NCBI GenBank assembly: GCA_049840855.1
Contig: JASGJF010000034.1
Coordinates: forward strand, 3,520-67,519
DNA length: 64,000 nucleotides
From: Chitinophagaceae bacterium
Lineage (GTDB): Bacteria; Bacteroidota; Bacteroidia; Chitinophagales; Chitinophagaceae
Direction of reading: 5' to 3'
In this document: positions 39,691 to 50,174 of the stretch, one piece after another
Layout of the letters: the number at the start of each line of letters is the position of its first letter
Position numbering within the stretch: the first letter of the stretch is position 1
The notes under the pieces: generated by a model
Told to the model about the DNA's origin: nothing
The model's input: only the letters and a program-made list of their open reading frames with translations
The model's database searches: none
Position numbers and translations under genes: made by a program

Positions 39691-40943
39691 TCGCGCAGAA
39701 CAAACAGTATGTAAAATATATATCCCGAAGCTGCAATACCGGTGCTGTAGGCAAAAGACGATAGCAGGTCGCCTCTTAATGTGAAAAAAAACAATCCCAG
39801 GCAAGCAGGGTAGAACGCGCGGGCGAAGCTGTTTGGTTTTTTGTAGCTCAACCAATAATAACGATCATACCATCCGGCAAAAAGGGCGCACACTGCAATC
39901 CACAGTAACGCTCCGGTGAATCCGAAATCGAGATAACCTTCCGCCGGCAGCGGACTGCAATAGTTATTGAAGTCGGAGCCGGGTCGCGGTGGGTTCACAA
40001 TTGCACCGCTGCCGATACTTTTGGCGGGCCATACCGATCTGGGTACAAAAAACATCAGGGTCGTGCCGATCTGTTTTCCATGCAGCATGCCATGCGTTTC
40101 GGTATACAAAATCGTATTTCTGAGCGAGGCATAAGCATCGAAGTCCTGGCTGCAAAAAGCTTGCAGCATGATGTTCCCGGACGGGTGTTGCGACGCGGGC
40201 GTCTGTCTGATAAGGCTCAGTAGCGGAAATATGATTACCAAACCTGAAAACAACAGCGTTTCGAACAAGCGCGCTCGTAGCACCAGCAGCCTCACGCAGC
40301 AGGTAATGGCCACCCCGAGATACAGGCATGCCAGCCAGTAGCGCGGTACCGCCGTAGGCATATTGGCAATCACAGTGAGTATCACAGCCCCGGAAAGTAA
40401 TCCCGCCTTGACTGTTCCTTTCCGGTAACCCGCCAGCAGACTCAGCATGCCGCACAACACAATCCCTTTTACAGCTTTGTCGGCCAGCAGCTGCAGGGAC
40501 TGGTTGCGGATCAGTCCCGGTGCATCAACCGCCTGGCGTACAAGCAGATTGGGTGAGATCAGGATTTGCATTAAGAGTGCTGCGAACAAAACGAATATAC
40601 CTGCCCGGCTTAACCCGTCAGTACCTGGCGGCAACTGATTCGGGGGCTGGCGCTGCACTCTTTTCCATACGGCAAGCCGTATGATTCCATAAACCATCAT
40701 CGCGCACAGAACGACATTATTGGTTGCAAGAAATGATTTCAGATTTTCCTGGTTATGTGTCCAGTGAAAAGGAAACGTGTGCCATGCAAATTGCATCATC
40801 GGACTTATTCCGAAAAATACGAGGCAGAACAGCCAGAACAATTTGTTCAGCGAAAAGGGAAGCCTGTCGCACCACAATCCCCATAGCGATAGCAATACAA
40901 TTGAAATATACCCGGCATATATGAGCGTTTCTGTGGCAGGCAC
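39675..40943 (-). CDS. Wzy-like polysaccharide polymerase / polytopic membrane protein
   Basis: Roughly 10 TM segments; DFDAY, HGKQ...FFVPRSVWPAKSIGSG, EGYLDFG, LRGDL. Confidence 0.75.
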   Translation of the reverse strand: MPATETLIYAGYISIVLLSLWGLWCDRLPFSLNKLFWLFCLVFFGISPMMQFAWHTFPFHWTHNQENLKSFLATNNVVLCAMMVYGIIRLAVWKRVQRQPPNQLPPGTDGLSRAGIFVLFAALLMQILISPNLLVRQAVDAPGLIRNQSLQLLADKAVKGIVLCGMLSLLAGYRKGTVKAGLLSGAVILTVIANMPTAVPRYWLACLYLGVAITCCVRLLVLRARLFETLLFSGLVIIFPLLSLIRQTPASQHPSGNIMLQAFCSQDFDAYASLRNTILYTETHGMLHGKQIGTTLMFFVPRSVWPAKSIGSGAIVNPPRPGSDFNNYCSPLPAEGYLDFGFTGALLWIAVCALFAGWYDRYYWLSYKKPNSFARAFYPACLGLFFFTLRGDLLSSFAYSTGIAASGYIFYILFVLRDQEGR

Positions 40944-41074
40944 GTCGAATAGAATAACCGCTCAAAGATAAACGCCATGTGCCACAATGCAGTGTTTTCA
41001 GGCGTTGTACCATGTAAACAATTTTTTTACGATAAATTTTTGGAAAAGTACACATGCGAGTCGTACTTTTGCAA

Positions 41075-42544
41075 ATGGCTGCAAAATCTAAGTTTTACGG
41101 CGAGGGCCTTACTTTTGATGACGTCCTCCTCCTGCCGGCATATTCTGAAGTACTTCCGCGCGAAGTAAATATCCATACCAAACTTACAAAAGACATAACA
41201 CTGCATCTTCCGATGGTTTCCGCTGCAATGGATACTGTCACGGAGTATCGTCTTGCGATGGCGCTTGCTCGTGAGGGTGGGATCGGTATCCTGCACAAAA
41301 ACATGAGTATCGAAAAGCAGGCAGAGCAGGTGCGTAAAGTTAAACGTTCCGAATCTGGTCTCATCACCGACCCCGTAACGCTGAATCCCGACGCTACTGT
41401 CGGGGATGCGCTGCGCCTGATGAAGGAAAATAAAATCGGTGGTATTCCGGTAATAGATGCAGACCGTAAGCTGGTAGGTATTGTTACGAACCGTGATCTC
41501 CGTTTTGAAAAGAACGCCCGCAAGAAGGTGAGCGAGATCATGACCAGCACAAACCTGGTAACCGCACCTGTTGGTACCAATATGGCCAAAGCGGAAAAAA
41601 TCCTCGAACAACATAAAATCGAAAAGCTGCCTATCGTGGCTAAGAATGGCGTGCTCATGGGGCTCATTACGTTCCGCGATATCGTACAATTGAAGAGTTA
41701 TCCGAATTCCTGTAAAGATTCCCAGGGACGCCTTGTGGTAGGTGCCGCGGTAGGTATCACGCAGGACGGACTGGATCGTATTGCGGCGCTGGTACACGCG
41801 GGAGTGGATGTGATCACGCTGGATAGCGCCCACGGCCATTCCAAAGGTGTGCTGGATATGGTGAAGCTGGTAAAAAAGACATTTAAAGGACTGAACGTAA
41901 TTGCCGGCAATATCGCTACCGCAGAAGGCGCGAAAGCGCTCGCTGCTGCAGGAGCCGACGCGGTGAAAGTAGGAGTGGGACCGGGTTCTATCTGTACCAC
42001 ACGCATCGTTACCGGTTGCGGAGCCCCGCAACTGACAGCGATCATTGAGGCGGCAAATGCATTGAAAAAATCAGGCATCCCGGTAATTGCAGACGGTGGA
42101 ATCCGCTACACCGGAGATATGGTGAAGGCCATCGCTGCAGGAGCCAATTGTGTGATGGCCGGTTCTATCTTCGCAGGAACAGAAGAAAGTCCGGGAGAAA
42201 CCATCATTTACGAAGGCCGTAAATTCAAATCCTATCGTGGAATGGGTTCTGTAGAGGCGATGAAAGAGGGCTCCAGCGACCGTTACTTCCAGGATGTGGA
42301 AGCTGATATCAAGAAGCTGGTTCCGGAAGGTATTGTTGGTCGTGTTCCTTACAAAGGCAATCTCAGCGAGATTATGCAGCAGTTTGTAGGCGGATTGCGT
42401 GCCGGAATGGGCTACTGCGGTGCGAAAGACATTAAAACACTCCAGGAGCAAAGTCAGTTCATTCGCATTACACCAGCGTCTATGGCCGAAAGCCATCCGC
42501 ATAACGTAGTGATTACGAAAGAGGCTCCGAACTACAGCCGCTAA
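41075..42544 (+). CDS. guaB: IMP dehydrogenase
   Basis: [21 protein letters not shown] pair, [26 protein letters not shown]. Confidence 0.98.
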   Translation: MAAKSKFYGEGLTFDDVLLLPAYSEVLPREVNIHTKLTKDITLHLPMVSAAMDTVTEYRLAMALAREGGIGILHKNMSIEKQAEQVRKVKRSESGLITDPVTLNPDATVGDALRLMKENKIGGIPVIDADRKLVGIVTNRDLRFEKNARKKVSEIMTSTNLVTAPVGTNMAKAEKILEQHKIEKLPIVAKNGVLMGLITFRDIVQLKSYPNSCKDSQGRLVVGAAVGITQDGLDRIAALVHAGVDVITLDSAHGHSKGVLDMVKLVKKTFKGLNVIAGNIATAEGAKALAAAGADAVKVGVGPGSICTTRIVTGCGAPQLTAIIEAANALKKSGIPVIADGGIRYTGDMVKAIAAGANCVMAGSIFAGTEESPGETIIYEGRKFKSYRGMGSVEAMKEGSSDRYFQDVEADIKKLVPEGIVGRVPYKGNLSEIMQQFVGGLRAGMGYCGAKDIKTLQEQSQFIRITPASMAESHPHNVVITKEAPNYSR

Positions 42545-42625
42545 TTTGAATTTTTTCCCGATATGGGAATTGCAAATGCATTACTTTTGCGCAATTATTT
42601 TTAAATCACATTACATAAACACAAC

Positions 42626-43684
42626 ATGGCTTCTCAAAAAATTCAAGAATTGTTAGGCGATAAGGCCGCATATTATCTCGATCATAAGTGTACAACGATC
42701 GATAAGTCTTCTTTGCATCTGCCTGCTGCTGATACCATTGATAATGTATGGTTACACAGCAACCGCAACCTGCAGACTTTGCGCAGTATCTCCGCATTGT
42801 TGAATAACGGACGTCTGGCCAACACCGGTTATGTATCGATCCTTCCTGTGGATCAGGGTATCGAGCATAGCGCCGGCGCTTCATTTGCTCCGAATCCTAT
42901 CTATTTCGATCCTGAGAATATCGTGAAGCTTGCTATTGAAGGCGGCTGCAACGCTGTTGCCTCTACTTACGGAGTGCTCGGTTCCGTTGCCCGTAAATAC
43001 GCGCACAAAATCCCTTTCATTGTTAAGGTAAACCATAACGAATTTATTTCTTACCCTAACCGCTTCGATCAGATCATGTTCGGTACCATCAAAGATGCAT
43101 GGAACATGGGCGCTACCGCTATCGGTGCTACTATCTATTTCGGTAGTGACGAAAGCAGCCGTCAGATCGTTGAGATCGCGAAAGCATTCGAATATGCGCA
43201 CGAACTGGGTATGGCTACTGTACTGTGGTGCTACCTGCGTAACAGCGCATTCAAAAAAGATGGCGTGGATTACCACACTGCTGCAGACCTGACTGCTCAG
43301 GCTAATCACCTCGGCGTTACCCTGCAGGCGGACATCATCAAACAAAAATTACCAACAAACAATGGTGGTTACACGGCGTTGAACTTTGGTAAAACACATA
43401 AAGATGTTTACGAGAAACTGACTACCGATCACCCGATCAATCTGGCTCGCTACCAGGTGGCGAACTGCTACATGGGCCGTGTAGGTCTGATCAACTCCGG
43501 TGGAGAGTCTAAAGGTGCTTCCGACCTGTCTGAAGCTGTAATGACTGCCGTGGTGAACAAACGTGCCGGTGGTATGGGGCTGATCAGCGGACGTAAAGCA
43601 TTCCAGAAAGATATGAAAGTGGGTGTTGAACTGCTGAATACAATTCAGGATGTTTACCTGGATAACAGCATCACAATCGCTTAG
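42626..43684 (+). CDS. fbaB: Class I fructose-bisphosphate aldolase
   Basis: [48 protein letters not shown]. Confidence 0.97.
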   Translation: MASQKIQELLGDKAAYYLDHKCTTIDKSSLHLPAADTIDNVWLHSNRNLQTLRSISALLNNGRLANTGYVSILPVDQGIEHSAGASFAPNPIYFDPENIVKLAIEGGCNAVASTYGVLGSVARKYAHKIPFIVKVNHNEFISYPNRFDQIMFGTIKDAWNMGATAIGATIYFGSDESSRQIVEIAKAFEYAHELGMATVLWCYLRNSAFKKDGVDYHTAADLTAQANHLGVTLQADIIKQKLPTNNGGYTALNFGKTHKDVYEKLTTDHPINLARYQVANCYMGRVGLINSGGESKGASDLSEAVMTAVVNKRAGGMGLISGRKAFQKDMKVGVELLNTIQDVYLDNSITIA

Positions 43685-43701
43685 TTCCGATAATTAATTC
43701 A

Positions 43702-43743
43702 AAAGCGGGCACAGATACTATTATCTGTGCCCGCTTTCTTTTT
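43702..43743. terminator. Bidirectional terminator
   Basis: 16-bp stem aaagcgggcacagata/tatctgtgcccgcttt plus T-run. Confidence 0.88.
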
Positions 43744-43764
43744 ATCGCATTGTCGATAATTAGG

Positions 43765-44140
43765 TTATTCGCGTGTCATCCATATCAGATACAGGTATAC
43801 TGATCGTGCCAGTCGCATCAGCCATGGCTGCAACAGCACCACCACACTGACACTGCTGGCCAGGAAATAGTAGACGCTGTCGTCTGCATAGGAGAGTCCG
43901 AAAATGGGATAATACCACAGTATATTCAGGAATAACAAAAGCGTGGTGAGTACGAAATTAATACCGGGACCGTTATTGCTTTCTCCTACCAGACTTCGCG
44001 CCGCATTCCGTACAATGCGTATACATCTGCAGCATCGAACGTAACGGAAATACCGAACGTTGCGTGAACAGATTGCCTTTGCGGCAGTTCGGACATTTAC
44101 AGCGCAGGAGGGACCAAAGCATTGGCGGCTTGTTAGCCAT
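43765..44140 (-). CDS. DUF983 family membrane protein (absent from the ORF track; one extra base near 43993)
   Basis: MANKPPMLWSLLRCKCPNCRKGNLF...HCTECG, then LVGESNNGPGINFVL...WYYPIFG...LLQPWLMRLARSVYLYLIWMTRE*. The start overlaps the hydrolase stop. Confidence 0.8.
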
Positions 44141-45023
44141 TTGCCGGAACTGTTTTATCTTCCGGAACGAGGTGCTTTACTTTCTTGTAGAAAACGCGTA
44201 TAGCAGCTACAATTTCGCGGGCGCCCTTTCCGTAAAGCATTGTCTGATGATTGCCGTCTATTACAGCGTATTCGCAGTTCTCGATCAGTTTGGTTGCTTT
44301 TTTTGCGAGAGTAGCCGGAAGCAATGCCTGCTCCATCGTATATATACCTAATGCATTCAACAGGATTGCGGGTTGGTGTATATGCTCAAAAATGGTAGCC
44401 CAGGGCATACTCGTGAGCCCTACGGCCATTGCCGTAATGTTAGCCAGATTGGAATTGGTCTGTGTAATACCGTTCTTGTCTATATGCACATCGGCGCGGT
44501 AATAGCTCTCCATAGCCTCGTCCCAGAAAGTGTTCTGAGGCGCTTTCTTCATCATCCGCAGATATACGTCGAAGGAGGGGTAGAGCACACCGAGACGACT
44601 GAATGTCGGCAACAGCATACGTGCGGCATTCGGATTGAGCTCATGTGCCGCATCCAGTAATATCAGGGCTGCCACACGTTCCGGGAAATTGGCAGAAAGA
44701 TAAGCGCTGAGCAGTCCCCCGAAAGAGTGTCCGCAAAGCACAGCTTTTTCAATGCCCAAATGGTCCAGCAGCCCGATGATATCGCGTGCATGCTCTTCCA
44801 TGGAATAGCCGAATGCAGGCTTGTCGCTTTCGCCGCGTCCACGCAAGTCGGGACTATAAATATGGAAATCATCTCCCAGTCCGGCGCGGATCACACCGTC
44901 GAATGCATGTGCATTGGCGGTGATACCGTGCAGCATCAGCAGTTTGGGCTTGCCGGGTGCCGGGTACTCAATGTAGTGGAGTTGAATGTGGTTGGTCTTG
45001 ATATGGTGGTCCTTCATTCCCAT
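44133..45023 (-). CDS. Alpha/beta hydrolase
   Basis: LHGIT, PDLRGRGES, nucleophile elbow GHSFGG, late GNH His. Confidence 0.92.
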   Translation of the reverse strand: MGMKDHHIKTNHIQLHYIEYPAPGKPKLLMLHGITANAHAFDGVIRAGLGDDFHIYSPDLRGRGESDKPAFGYSMEEHARDIIGLLDHLGIEKAVLCGHSFGGLLSAYLSANFPERVAALILLDAAHELNPNAARMLLPTFSRLGVLYPSFDVYLRMMKKAPQNTFWDEAMESYYRADVHIDKNGITQTNSNLANITAMAVGLTSMPWATIFEHIHQPAILLNALGIYTMEQALLPATLAKKATKLIENCEYAVIDGNHQTMLYGKGAREIVAAIRVFYKKVKHLVPEDKTVPANG

Positions 45024-45109
45024 AAGATAAGCGGTCAGGAAAAGGCAAAATACCTTTTTCCTGACAATTAAGACCTAAAAGTTATGCCCATGCGGGTATA
45101 AAATATTTT

Positions 45110-45883
45110 TTAATGCGCTGTCCAGCCGGCATCCAGTGGCATTGCAATGCCGGTGATCGTTGCGCCTGCATCTGAATCTGCAAGGTATAAAATGGTGGAT
45201 GCGATCGTTTCCACAGGAATAAATTCCTTAATCGCATGTTCGCTCAGCATCACTTTATTGATCACTTCCTCACGGCTCATGTTATGCGCCTGCATCTGTG
45301 CGCCGATCTGCTTGTCCACGATGGGAGTGAATACATAGCCCGGACAGATCGCATTGCAGGTAATCCCGAATTGACCACCCTCCAGTGCCATCACTTTGGT
45401 GAAGCCCACCACGCCGTGCTTCGCAGCAACGTATGCTCCTTTAAAAGCAGAGGCGATCAGCCCGTGTGCAGATGCAATGTTGATCACCCGGCCGAATTTA
45501 CGTTCTTTCATTTGCGGCCATACCGCTTTTGTAGCAATAAAAGTAGCCGTGAGATTGATCGCGATAATGTCATCCCATTTTTCTTCCGGAAAATCTTCTA
45601 CCGGAGAAACAAACTGAATACCGGCGTTGTTGATGAGTACATCAATAGGACCCAGTTCCTGCTGAGCCTGTTGTACAAATGCTTTGATCTCTTCCGCATG
45701 CAGCATGTTGGCCGGAGAAAAAATATGACCTACGTTATAGGTTGCTGCTACTGCTGCAGCTATCGCGGCTCCGTTTTCTTCGAGTCCGTTAAACGCAACG
45801 TTATACCCCTTCGCTGCAAATGCTTTTGCTGTTGCAAGCCCGATCCCGCTGGTACTGCCGGTGATCAATACTGTCTTTGCCAT
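45110..45883 (-). CDS. bdhA: D-3-hydroxybutyrate dehydrogenase (SDR)
   Basis: TGSTSGIG, NNAGIQFVSPVEDFPEEKWD, SAHGLIAS, YVAAKHG, ICPGYV. Confidence 0.92.
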   Translation of the reverse strand: MAKTVLITGSTSGIGLATAKAFAAKGYNVAFNGLEENGAAIAAAVAATYNVGHIFSPANMLHAEEIKAFVQQAQQELGPIDVLINNAGIQFVSPVEDFPEEKWDDIIAINLTATFIATKAVWPQMKERKFGRVINIASAHGLIASAFKGAYVAAKHGVVGFTKVMALEGGQFGITCNAICPGYVFTPIVDKQIGAQMQAHNMSREEVINKVMLSEHAIKEFIPVETIASTILYLADSDAGATITGIAMPLDAGWTAH

Positions 45884-45899
45884 ATTGCTCTTTTTAGTG

Positions 45900-47494
45900 C
45901 TATTGTTGTTTCGTTTTGAATTCGCTGGTGAAATGGAACTCGATATCCGGGTTATTCTGACGTTCGGTATTCAGAAACCATTCGCTTTGGGCAAGATACA
46001 CGAGGTTGCCATCTTTGTCTTCCATCACATTCTGCTGCTTGAAGCGCACAAAATCCTCCAGTTTTTTCCGGTCTCCCGTGATCCAGCATGCTTTGTAGAA
46101 ATTCAGGGGCATGAATGCACATGATGCGCCGTATTCCTGTAACAGGCGGTACTGGATTACTTCGAATTGCAGTTCTCCTACACATCCGATGATCTTGCGG
46201 TTGCCTCCATGCTGTGTAAACAGCTGTGCCACTCCTTCGTCTGTAAGCTGACTGATCCCTTTTTCCAGTTGCTTTGTTTTCATCGGATCTTTATTGATGA
46301 GCTCCTTGAAAATTTCCGGAGAGAAGGTCGGGATGCCGGTAAACTGCATCATTTCCCCTTCAGTGAGGGTATCTCCGATCTTGAAGTTTCCGGTATCGAA
46401 TAAGCCGACCACATCGCCCGGATAAGCGTCGTCGATAACTTCCTTTTCCCTGGCCATAAAAGAGTAGGGGTTTGAGAAACGCACATCTTTTTCCAGCCGG
46501 GTATGCTTATAGAAAGTGTTGCGCTGGAAACGGCCGGAACATACGCGCAGGAACGCAATACGGTCGCGGTGGCGCGGGTCAAGGTTCGCATGTATTTTAA
46601 AAATGAAGCCACTGAATTTCTCCTCATCCGGTTCTACAAAACGTTTGTCGGTACTGCGACCCAGCGGTTCCGGTGCGATCTGGATGAAGGTGTCGAGCAG
46701 TTCTTTTACACCGAAGTTGTTAACAGCCGAACCAAAGAAAACGGGCGCAACCTTGCCCTGCAGGTATTCGTTTTTATCCAGAAGCTCCATATACGCCATC
46801 CAATAGTTCCACATCTTCCCGCAATTCACGGCATCGCGTTCGCCTACTTTCTGATCCAGCACACTGACGTTGATGTCAGGGATCTGAACGGTATTTTCTT
46901 CGTCCGATTTCTGAGTTAAGGGTAAATAATTGCAGGCTTTTCTCGTACAGATTGTACACACCCTCGAATTCCTTACCCATGTTGATGGGCCAGGTAAGCG
47001 GGTGCAGCTGTATATTCAGTTCTTTTTCGATCTCATCCAGCAGGTCGAATGGCAGTTTGCCATCCCGGTCCATTTTATTGATGAATACGATTACAGGAGT
47101 GTCTCTCATCCGGCAGACTTCCATCAGGCGGCGTGTCTGCTCTTCAACACCATTCACACTGTCCACCACGAGGATAACGCTGTCCACGGCGGTAAGCGTC
47201 CTGTAAGTATCTTCTGCGAAGTCTTTGTGTCCCGGAGTATCCAGCAGGTTGATCAGGATGTTTTTATATTCGAAGCACATCACCGAAGTGGGCGACAGAG
47301 ATACCTCTCTGACGCTCGATCTCCATAAAGTCGGAAGTGGCATGCTTCTTGATCTTATTGCTTTTTACAGCACCCGCAACCTGGATCGCGCCACCAAACA
47401 GCAATAATTTCTCGGTCAGGGTTGTTTTACCGGCATCCGGATGCGAGATAATCGCGAAGGTGCGCCGGCGGCCAATTTCTTTTTCGTATTTCAA
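45900..47494 (-). CDS. prfC: Peptide chain release factor 3, several frameshifts
   Basis: [57 protein letters not shown]. Confidence 0.95.
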
Positions 47495-47586
47495 CTGTTA
47501 CGCTTTGTGTGATAAAGGCGCAAAGATAGTCCCGCAAACTGATATGACAATTTGCGGGACAAAAACTTAAACAGTAAGTTGTCAGC

Positions 47587-48045
47587 TTAGTGTACCAGGT
47601 CGCTGCTCAGTTTGGCAGTACGGACAGAATCTCCGGTACTCGGGTCGTCTATTTCAATAATTACGTCTGTCATCTGCATACGTACTTTGCCATCGGCTAC
47701 CGTTACATTAACGGTTCCCGAAATGCCTGTACCGATCGTCAATGGGCTCATCTGGGTCGTAAGGATATGTACTTTGTCGTCGATACTGCCGGTAACGGTA
47801 TAAGATTTTGAAGCAGACGGAATTGCATCAAAGAAAAGAGAGACGCTGGAACCGTCCATAGATGCAAATGCATAAGAGCTGTCATTGTACGTTTTTGTTA
47901 CGGAAGTGTACGACTTACTGTCTATCGACCAGGTAGAGGAAGAAGGCATAGAAGTGCTTTTCTTGTCATCTTTTTTACAGGCGCTCATGCTTGCTGCGAA
48001 GCCCAGAGTGGCCACCAGGCCGATTTTAAGGATATTTTTGTTCAT
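47587..48045 (-). CDS. Hypothetical lipoprotein
   Basis: MSACKKDD lipobox with export-signal-like KKDD; promoter TATCTTTG at 48062-48069 (minus). Confidence 0.82.
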   Translation of the reverse strand: MNKNILKIGLVATLGFAASMSACKKDDKKSTSMPSSSTWSIDSKSYTSVTKTYNDSSYAFASMDGSSVSLFFDAIPSASKSYTVTGSIDDKVHILTTQMSPLTIGTGISGTVNVTVADGKVRMQMTDVIIEIDDPSTGDSVRTAKLSSDLVH

Positions 48046-48110
48046 GTGGTTAATTTGCTCACAAAGATAAAAATCCAGATATAGAAAGTCAATGCCTGCA
48101 GCCATCTGTT

Positions 48111-48142
48111 TTTTTAACGGTATCGCAGTCTTTTTAACGGTA
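48111..48142 (-). promoter_or_regulatory. Direct-repeat regulator site TACCGTTAAAAA x2
   Basis: tttttaacggta at 48111 and 48131, upstream of the -7 element of the lipoprotein gene. Confidence 0.55.
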
Positions 48143-48262
48143 ATTATCCTTCAGCGATTTATATAGCTCTATTCTGACACTCCTGCATCAACCGAATCGG
48201 AGCTGCCTTTCCTTGCTGGCCTGCGGATAAATCCTGAACTGGTCGAACGACTCGCGGAATGT

Positions 48263-49012
48263 CTATTGCTGCCGGATCATAGGTGTGATATCTATGCCGC
48301 ATGAGTGGCACTGCCGATGTTTTTTCAGTGCCAGCGTGTACAGAATTTTGCGCCACCTGGCCCGTCTTCGCATACTTTTGTCCGGCCGTACCGGAACATA
48401 GTAAGGTCCGGTAATAACACTTCCGTTATCTGAAAGTACAAAAAAGAGGTCTTCTCCACGGAGCAAATGCATTCCCGCCATAGATATCAATATGGATTTT
48501 CCCCTGATCTCTTCCAAAGGAATCAATAGGTCATCGTTATTGTCTTTTATTTTGACTGTATAGTGGCCGGAACCCACAATTGGCAGGCTGTCCAGTGTCA
48601 CGTAGTCCGCCCGCGCTTTTGCACAAGTCCACCGCATCGACTTTTTCTGCTCATTCTCTAAGCTTACACAAAAGCTATAGATGAAACTCGGATATTCACG
48701 AAAATGGAAATGTACCTGGTCGTCTTGTGTCAAAGATTCTTCTATTCTGTAGGTGGTGCGTTTATCTGGTACGTCTATATCGGTGCACATGAAAATGGTG
48801 TCTTTATAAACGTAATATCGGCCACGGCCAAAATAATTCACCGTAAGGCAGCCCCAGCTATGATAAAACTCAAGTGTGCTGTCGCTAATGCTTATATAAC
48901 TGTCTTTGTAAACGTAGCGGCGCCCCTCCAGCCCTGTTGGCTGTGCCCGTGCCGGCAAATTGCATAACAGCAGGAAAAAGTAGAACCATTTGCAGTAATT
49001 CGGAGTATGCAT
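48263..49012 (-). CDS. Secreted hypothetical protein
   Basis: 249-aa ORF with a signal-peptide-like N-terminus (ARA-Q). Confidence 0.65.
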   Translation of the reverse strand: MHTPNYCKWFYFFLLLCNLPARAQPTGLEGRRYVYKDSYISISDSTLEFYHSWGCLTVNYFGRGRYYVYKDTIFMCTDIDVPDKRTTYRIEESLTQDDQVHFHFREYPSFIYSFCVSLENEQKKSMRWTCAKARADYVTLDSLPIVGSGHYTVKIKDNNDDLLIPLEEIRGKSILISMAGMHLLRGEDLFFVLSDNGSVITGPYYVPVRPDKSMRRRARWRKILYTLALKKHRQCHSCGIDITPMIRQQ

Positions 49013-49036
49013 AATGTGGACGGTTATCTGAAAGTA

Positions 49037-49648
49037 CTATCCATTCAGCAACTTATGTCGCTTTATTCCTTTATTATGGCGCAGCCGGATCGCATGATAC
49101 AAGGTGGGTACATCATTTGTCCACTTGCGCAGGCATAAGATGATAAGTATTATCTCCAGCCGGGTCACCATGCCAACCCAAATACTCAGTTGGAATAATA
49201 TCCCGGAAGAGCAGGAAAACATGATCTGGGTGAGTGTACCGCAGAGCAAAGCAGCCCATATTTTTGCTCCTATCGAATGCGTCGCGATCTCTTTACGGAA
49301 TTTTATGAAGCTCACTGCATAGGTAAGTGCTTCAAACGCAAGTAATACAATAATCGCTGTTGCATGCGCTTTGAAAAAGTCTGTACAGCGGATGCATGCA
49401 GTTGCTGCAACACAAAGAAAAAATACCTGGTCCACAGAAGAATCAAGTCGTCTGAGCTTTTGCGTTGAAATCCCCAGTTGTCGGGCAATCACTCCGTCAA
49501 ATACATCAGAAAGGAACCCATATATCAGCAGTGCCGCCGGAATTGTACCTGTACTCCCGGGATTTATCAGCGCTAGTATCAGAATAGCGAAGCCTGCCAG
49601 GAGCCGTGAACTAATCAATAACAGGGGTATATTGTTGCGTAGCGACAT
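49037..49648 (-). CDS. CDP-alcohol phosphatidyltransferase family protein
   Basis: SDVFDGVIAR...RRLDSSVD motif; TM helices. Confidence 0.9.
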   Translation of the reverse strand: MSLRNNIPLLLISSRLLAGFAILILALINPGSTGTIPAALLIYGFLSDVFDGVIARQLGISTQKLRRLDSSVDQVFFLCVAATACIRCTDFFKAHATAIIVLLAFEALTYAVSFIKFRKEIATHSIGAKIWAALLCGTLTQIMFSCSSGILFQLSIWVGMVTRLEIILIILCLRKWTNDVPTLYHAIRLRHNKGIKRHKLLNG

Positions 49649-49715
49649 GTGGTGTGTTTAATGCAACAATAATAAACACATTTTCAATCAGATTTGTTTC
49701 TGTTGATTGCTGATG

Positions 49716-50174
49716 TCATTGAAATATGCGTTTATCGAAGGGAAAAGGAGCAATATCAATTATTTTAATTTTCGCAAAATCTTTATGGTAAGGATTGATC
49801 AGCACATTAAAATCGCCTTGCGTCACTGCAGACGGAATAATCAACAGGCAATATTGATTTGCGTGTACAAAATCATCGCCGATTTTTTGTGTGGCAAGAG
49901 GATGAGGGAAGTCTTTCCAATGTTGCGGTAGTGCCTGTTCGCCTATTTTCTGAACAGCAACATCGTCGGGTATGTGAATGGTAACCATTACATAGTCTTC
50001 CGGCAGTGTCGCGAGTGTGCAGTGCACGGCTACTTCCGCCATGGCAAGAGAGCGGTTGATTGCGGTGTACACCAGTTCTATGCCTATGGAATTCCAACGG
50101 GCACCTTTTAAGGCTGCACCTTGCCCGGACAATGGAGCTGCATAAGGCCTTCTGGCGAGTCGGAACACTTCCAT
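49716..50174 (-). CDS. RES domain toxin (NAD+ phosphorylase family)
   Basis: MEVFRL, LSGQGA...GARWNS, YTA...SLAMAE, IPSAV, NVLINPYH. Confidence 0.93.
   Translation of the reverse strand: MEVFRLARRPYAAPLSGQGAALKGARWNSIGIELVYTAINRSLAMAEVAVHCTLATLPEDYVMVTIHIPDDVAVQKIGEQALPQHWKDFPHPLATQKIGDDFVHANQYCLLIIPSAVTQGDFNVLINPYHKDFAKIKIIDIAPFPFDKRIFQ

Noticed and set aside
45900-47494. Programmed frameshifting in a release factor gene
   Set aside because: The known autoregulatory shift is in prfB (CTT TGA). This is prfC, with several irregular shifts and no slippery site.
48231-48250. Possible degenerate REP-like element (atcctgaactggtcgaacga)
   Set aside because: Single short copy with no inverted partner nearby; the resemblance to known repeats is from memory only and cannot be supported here.
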